Shown here: one piece after another, positions 61,148 through 64,000 of the stretch
Numbering within the stretch: the stretch's first letter is position 1
Layout of the letters: every line of letters begins with the position of its first letter
Origin: Microcella sp.
GTDB taxonomy: Bacteria > Actinomycetota > Actinomycetes > Actinomycetales > Microbacteriaceae
Direction of reading: 5' to 3'
Length of the DNA stretch: 64,000 nucleotides
Assembly: GCF_025808395.1 (NCBI RefSeq)
Contig: NZ_CP075524.1
Location: forward strand, 2,287,990 to 2,351,989
The notes under the pieces: generated by a model
What the model saw: the letters and a program-made list of their open reading frames with translations, nothing else
What the model was told of the DNA's origin: nothing
Database searches by the model: none
Position numbers and translations under genes: made by a program

Positions 61148-61180
61148 GCGCGGCGGGGCGCTGCGGCGTTCACTGGAGGA

Positions 61181-62722
61181 ATGCAGATCACGCTCGGCCG
61201 CCAGCCCCTCACGATCGACGAGGTCGTCGCCGTCGCCCGGCACGATGCGACCGTCGCCATCGACGCCGGCGCGCTCGACGCGATGGCGGCGACGCGCGCG
61301 ATCATCGACGGGCTCGCCGACGACGTCGAACCGCACTACGGGGTGTCGACCGGGTTTGGCGCGCTCGCGACCACGCACATTCCCGCCGAGAAGCGCGCCG
61401 AGCTGCAGCGCTCGCTCGTGCGCTCGCACGCGGCGAGCAGCGGCCCCGAGGTCGAGCGCGAGGTGGTGCGCGGCACGATGCTGCTTCGGCTGCAGACGCT
61501 CACGACCGCACGCACCGGTGCCCGCCCGGTGGTCGCCGAGACCTACGCCGCGCTGCTCAATGCCGGCATCACGCCGATCGTCGGCGAGTACGGCAGCCTC
61601 GGCTGCTCGGGCGACCTCGCGCCGCTCGCGCACTGCGCGCTCGCGGTCATGGGCGAGGGAACGGTGCGCGACGCCCGCGGCGCGATCGTGCCCGCGGCCG
61701 AGGCGCTCGCCGCGGCGGGCATCGAGCCGATCGAGCTGCGTGAGAAAGAGGGCCTCGCCCTCATCAACGGCACCGACGGCATGCTCGGGATGCTCGCCCT
61801 CGCCCTCGCCGACCTCGACCGCCTCGTGGCCACAGCCGACCTCGCCGCGGCCATGAGCGTCGAGGCTCTGCTCGGCACCGATCGCCCCTTCGCCTCGGAT
61901 CTGCAGCAGCTGCGCCCCCACCCCGGCCAGGCGACCAGCGCCGAGAACATGCGCCGCGTGCTGAGCGGCTCGGCGGTGGTCACGAGTCATCAGACCGATG
62001 CCTGCACGCGCGTGCAAGACGCCTACTCGCTGCGCTGCGCGCCGCAGGTGCACGGCGCGGTGCGCGACACGATGGCGCACGCCGCAAGCGTGGCGAATCG
62101 CGAGCTCGCGAGCTCGATCGACAACCCCGTCGTCACGCTCGATGGCCGCGTCGAGTCGAACGGCAATTTTCACGGAGCGCCGCTCGGTTATGTGCTCGAC
62201 TTTCTCGCGATCGCCGTCGCCGACCTCGCGAGCATGAGCGAGCGCCGCACCGACCGCTTTCTCGACGCGAGCCGCAACCAGGGGCTGCCACCCTTTCTCG
62301 CTCATGACCCGGGTGTCGACTCGGGCCACATGATCGCGCAGTACACGCAAGCGGGAATCGTGAGCGAGCTCAAGCGCCTGGCCGTGCCGGCGAGTGTCGA
62401 CTCGATTCCGTCGAGCGCGATGCAAGAAGATCACGTGGCGATGGGCTGGTCGGCCGCGCGCAAGCTGCGGCGTGCGATCGACGGGCTGACACGCGTCGTC
62501 GCGATCGAGGTGCTGACGGCCGCACGGGGCCTCGACCTGCGCACCGCCGCACTGGGGGTCGACGCGGCACCGGCGACCGCTGCCGTCGTGAGAGCCCTGC
62601 GCGAGCACGTGCCCGGCCCCGGCCCCGACCGCTACCTCGCCCCCGAGATCGAGCATGCCGTGCAACTCACGCACGACGGCACGCTGCTCGCCGCCGCCCG
62701 CGCGGTCACCGAGATTCGCTGA
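61181..62722 (+). CDS. hutH: histidine ammonia-lyase
   Basis: ORF 60929..62722 trimmed to ATG 61181, directly after GGAGGA. It has the MIO-forming loop GSLGCSGDLAPLAH and the motifs NGTDGM and SIPSSAMQEDHV. 513 aa. Confidence 0.9.
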   Translation: MQITLGRQPLTIDEVVAVARHDATVAIDAGALDAMAATRAIIDGLADDVEPHYGVSTGFGALATTHIPAEKRAELQRSLVRSHAASSGPEVEREVVRGTMLLRLQTLTTARTGARPVVAETYAALLNAGITPIVGEYGSLGCSGDLAPLAHCALAVMGEGTVRDARGAIVPAAEALAAAGIEPIELREKEGLALINGTDGMLGMLALALADLDRLVATADLAAAMSVEALLGTDRPFASDLQQLRPHPGQATSAENMRRVLSGSAVVTSHQTDACTRVQDAYSLRCAPQVHGAVRDTMAHAASVANRELASSIDNPVVTLDGRVESNGNFHGAPLGYVLDFLAIAVADLASMSERRTDRFLDASRNQGLPPFLAHDPGVDSGHMIAQYTQAGIVSELKRLAVPASVDSIPSSAMQEDHVAMGWSAARKLRRAIDGLTRVVAIEVLTAARGLDLRTAALGVDAAPATAAVVRALREHVPGPGPDRYLAPEIEHAVQLTHDGTLLAAARAVTEIR

Positions 62723-62743
62723 ACGCCCGACAGGAGAACCGCC

Positions 62744-64000
62744 ATGACCCTTAGCCGTGCGACGAGCTCGAGCGCAGCATCCGGAGCCCGCCCCGTGCGC
62801 GCCCACCGCGGAACCCAGCTGCACACCCTCGGCTGGCAGCAGGAGGGCGCGCTGCGCATGCTGCAGAACAATCTCGACCCCGAGGTGGCCGAGCACCCCG
62901 ACGAGCTCGTCGTCTACGGCGGCACGGGCAAGGCCGCGCGCGACTGGGCGAGCTTCGACGCGCTGACCCGCACGCTCGCCACCCTCAAGGGCGATGAGAC
63001 GATGCTCGTGCAGTCGGGCCGACCGGTCGGCGTCATGCAGACGCACGCGTGGGCGCCGCGCGTGCTCCTGGCCAACTCGAACCTCGTCGGCGATTGGGCG
63101 AACTGGGACGAGTTTCGGCGCCTCGAAGCGCTCGGCCTCACGATGTACGGCCAGATGACGGCCGGCTCGTGGATCTACATCGGCACCCAGGGCATTCTGC
63201 AGGGCACCTTCGAGACCTTCGCCGCCGTCGCGACGCAGAGGTTCGGTGGCACCCTCGCCGGCACCATCACCCTCACGGGCGGGCTCGGCGGCATGGGTGG
63301 CGCGCAGCCCCTCGCCGTGACGATGAACGACGGCGTCGCCATCTGCGTCGACGTCGACCCCAGCCGCATCGCCCGGCGGCTCGAGCACCGCTACCTCGAC
63401 GTGCAGGCCGACTCTCTCGAGCACGCTCTCGAACTCGCGATCGAGGCACGGGATGCCCGTCGCGGGCTCTCGATCGGCGTGCTCGGCAATGCGGCCGAGG
63501 TCTTTCCGCGCCTGCTCGCGATGGGCGCCCCGATCGACATCGTCACCGACCAGACGAGTGCGCACGACCCGCTCGCCTACCTGCCCGTCGAGCACACGGT
63601 CGACGAGTGGCACGCGGCGCGCGAGCGCGACCCGATTGGCTTCGCGGCCGCGGCTCGGGCGTCGATGGCGCTGCAGGTCGAGGCCATGGTCGGGTTCCAG
63701 CGCGCGGGGGCCGAAGTCTTCGACTACGGCAACAACATCCGCACCGAGGCTCGCGCCGCGGGGTATGCCGACGCGTTCAGCTTTCCGGGGTTCGTGCCCG
63801 CCTACATCCGCCCGCTCTTCGCGCAGGGCAAGGGCCCATTCCGCTGGGCGGCGCTCAGCGGAGACCCCGCCGACATCGCCGCGACCGACCGCGCTGTGCT
63901 CGAGATGTTCCCCGAGAACGAGAGCCTGCAGCGTTGGATTCCGATGGCGCAGCAGCGCGTGCACTACCAAGGGCTGCCGGCGCGCATCTGCTGGCTCGGC
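62744..64000 (+). CDS. hutU: urocanate hydratase (3'-truncated by the window edge)
   Basis: Not in the ORF track because there is no stop inside the window. ATG 62744 follows CAGGAGAA. The translation contains [13 protein letters not shown] and [22 protein letters not shown]. The frame appears open across the stretch I translated by hand (to about 63230). The remainder to 64000 (419 codons in total) was not checked for stops. Confidence 0.9.
   Translation, partial: MTLSRATSSSAASGARPVRAHRGTQLHTLGWQQEGALRMLQNNLDPEVAEHPDELVVYGGTGKAARDWASFDALTRTLATLKGDETMLVQSGRPVGVMQTHAWAPRVLLANSNLVGDWANWDEFRRLEALGLTMYGQMTAGSWIYIGTQGILQGTFETFAAVATQRFGGTLAGTITLTGGLGGMGGAQPLAVTMNDGVAICVDVDPSRIARRLEHRYLDVQADSLEHALELAIEARDARRGLSIGVLGNAAEVFPRLLAMGAPIDIVTDQTSAHDPLAYLPVEHTVDEWHAARERDPIGFAAAARASMALQVEAMVGFQRAGAEVFDYGNNIRTEARAAGYADAFSFPGFVPAYIRPLFAQGKGPFRWAALSGDPADIAATDRAVLEMFPENESLQRWIPMAQQRVHYQGLPARICWLG

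Noticed and set aside
59910-61305. 398-aa and 362-aa minus-strand ORFs overlapping the IclR gene
   Set aside because: They are alternate frames of the IclR regulator (60326-61099). They are Arg/Pro/Ala-rich and lack the wHTH.
61600-61625. hutH has Cys-Ser-Gly (GSLGCSGDL) instead of the textbook Ala-Ser-Gly MIO triad
   Set aside because: I believe CSG is a known natural variant in actinobacterial histidases (Thr and Ser variants also exist in the family). Ser-Gly, the essential part, is intact, so this is not treated as novel.
61130-63970. 946-aa minus-strand ORF over hutH and hutU
   Set aside because: It is antisense to two genes with textbook motifs (the MIO loop and the urocanase [13 protein letters not shown]).

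Overview
This is a 64-kb, high-GC chromosomal segment of an actinobacterium. The taxon is an inference with no search run. The EF-Tu and RpoB sequences, the bS22 gene, the lhr-nei pair and the proC...HTH-bS22 synteny point to Actinomycetota, probably Micrococcales/Microbacteriaceae. I make 51 protein-coding calls, two of them partial at the window edges. Most are housekeeping. In window order they are: proC, trkH-trkA, an ArsR regulator, an excisionase-type HTH plus the tiny ribosomal protein bS22 (absent from the ORF track), a HAD phosphatase, a glutaredoxin-like protein, an SRAP peptidase and a thermonuclease. Then come lhr-nei, an esterase, a NUDIX-like protein, a DEAD-box helicase and several small DUF proteins (DUF1684, SRPBCC, ComB-like, DUF427, SprT). 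These are followed by a PQQ sugar dehydrogenase, a spermidine-synthase-like protein, a truncated hemoglobin, a large LuxR (LAL) regulator, rpoB-rpoC, rpsL-rpsG-fusA-tuf, and an IclR regulator with hutH-hutU. Two accessory features stand out. (1) A 9.7-kb gene (14344-24009) encodes a 3221-aa secreted protein with a LANTG sorting signal. Its C-terminal 1282 aa form 11 tandem ~116-aa domains, each with a conserved Lys/Glu/Asn triad and a Cys pair. (2) An 11-kb type IV pilus locus (41881-52894) carries pilB, pilT, pilC, a major pilin, three minor pilins, pilD and pilMNO. It sits between the rpoBC terminator and the str operon, and its pilC-to-pilO part is about 10 GC points below the flanks. This locus is my best candidate for a poorly described system in this lineage. 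I recognised no tRNA, rRNA, CRISPR array, transposase or integrase. Many long ORFs in the track are antisense or alternate-frame artefacts of high-GC DNA and were rejected. All function calls rest on motifs read by eye and remembered family knowledge; no database search was run.
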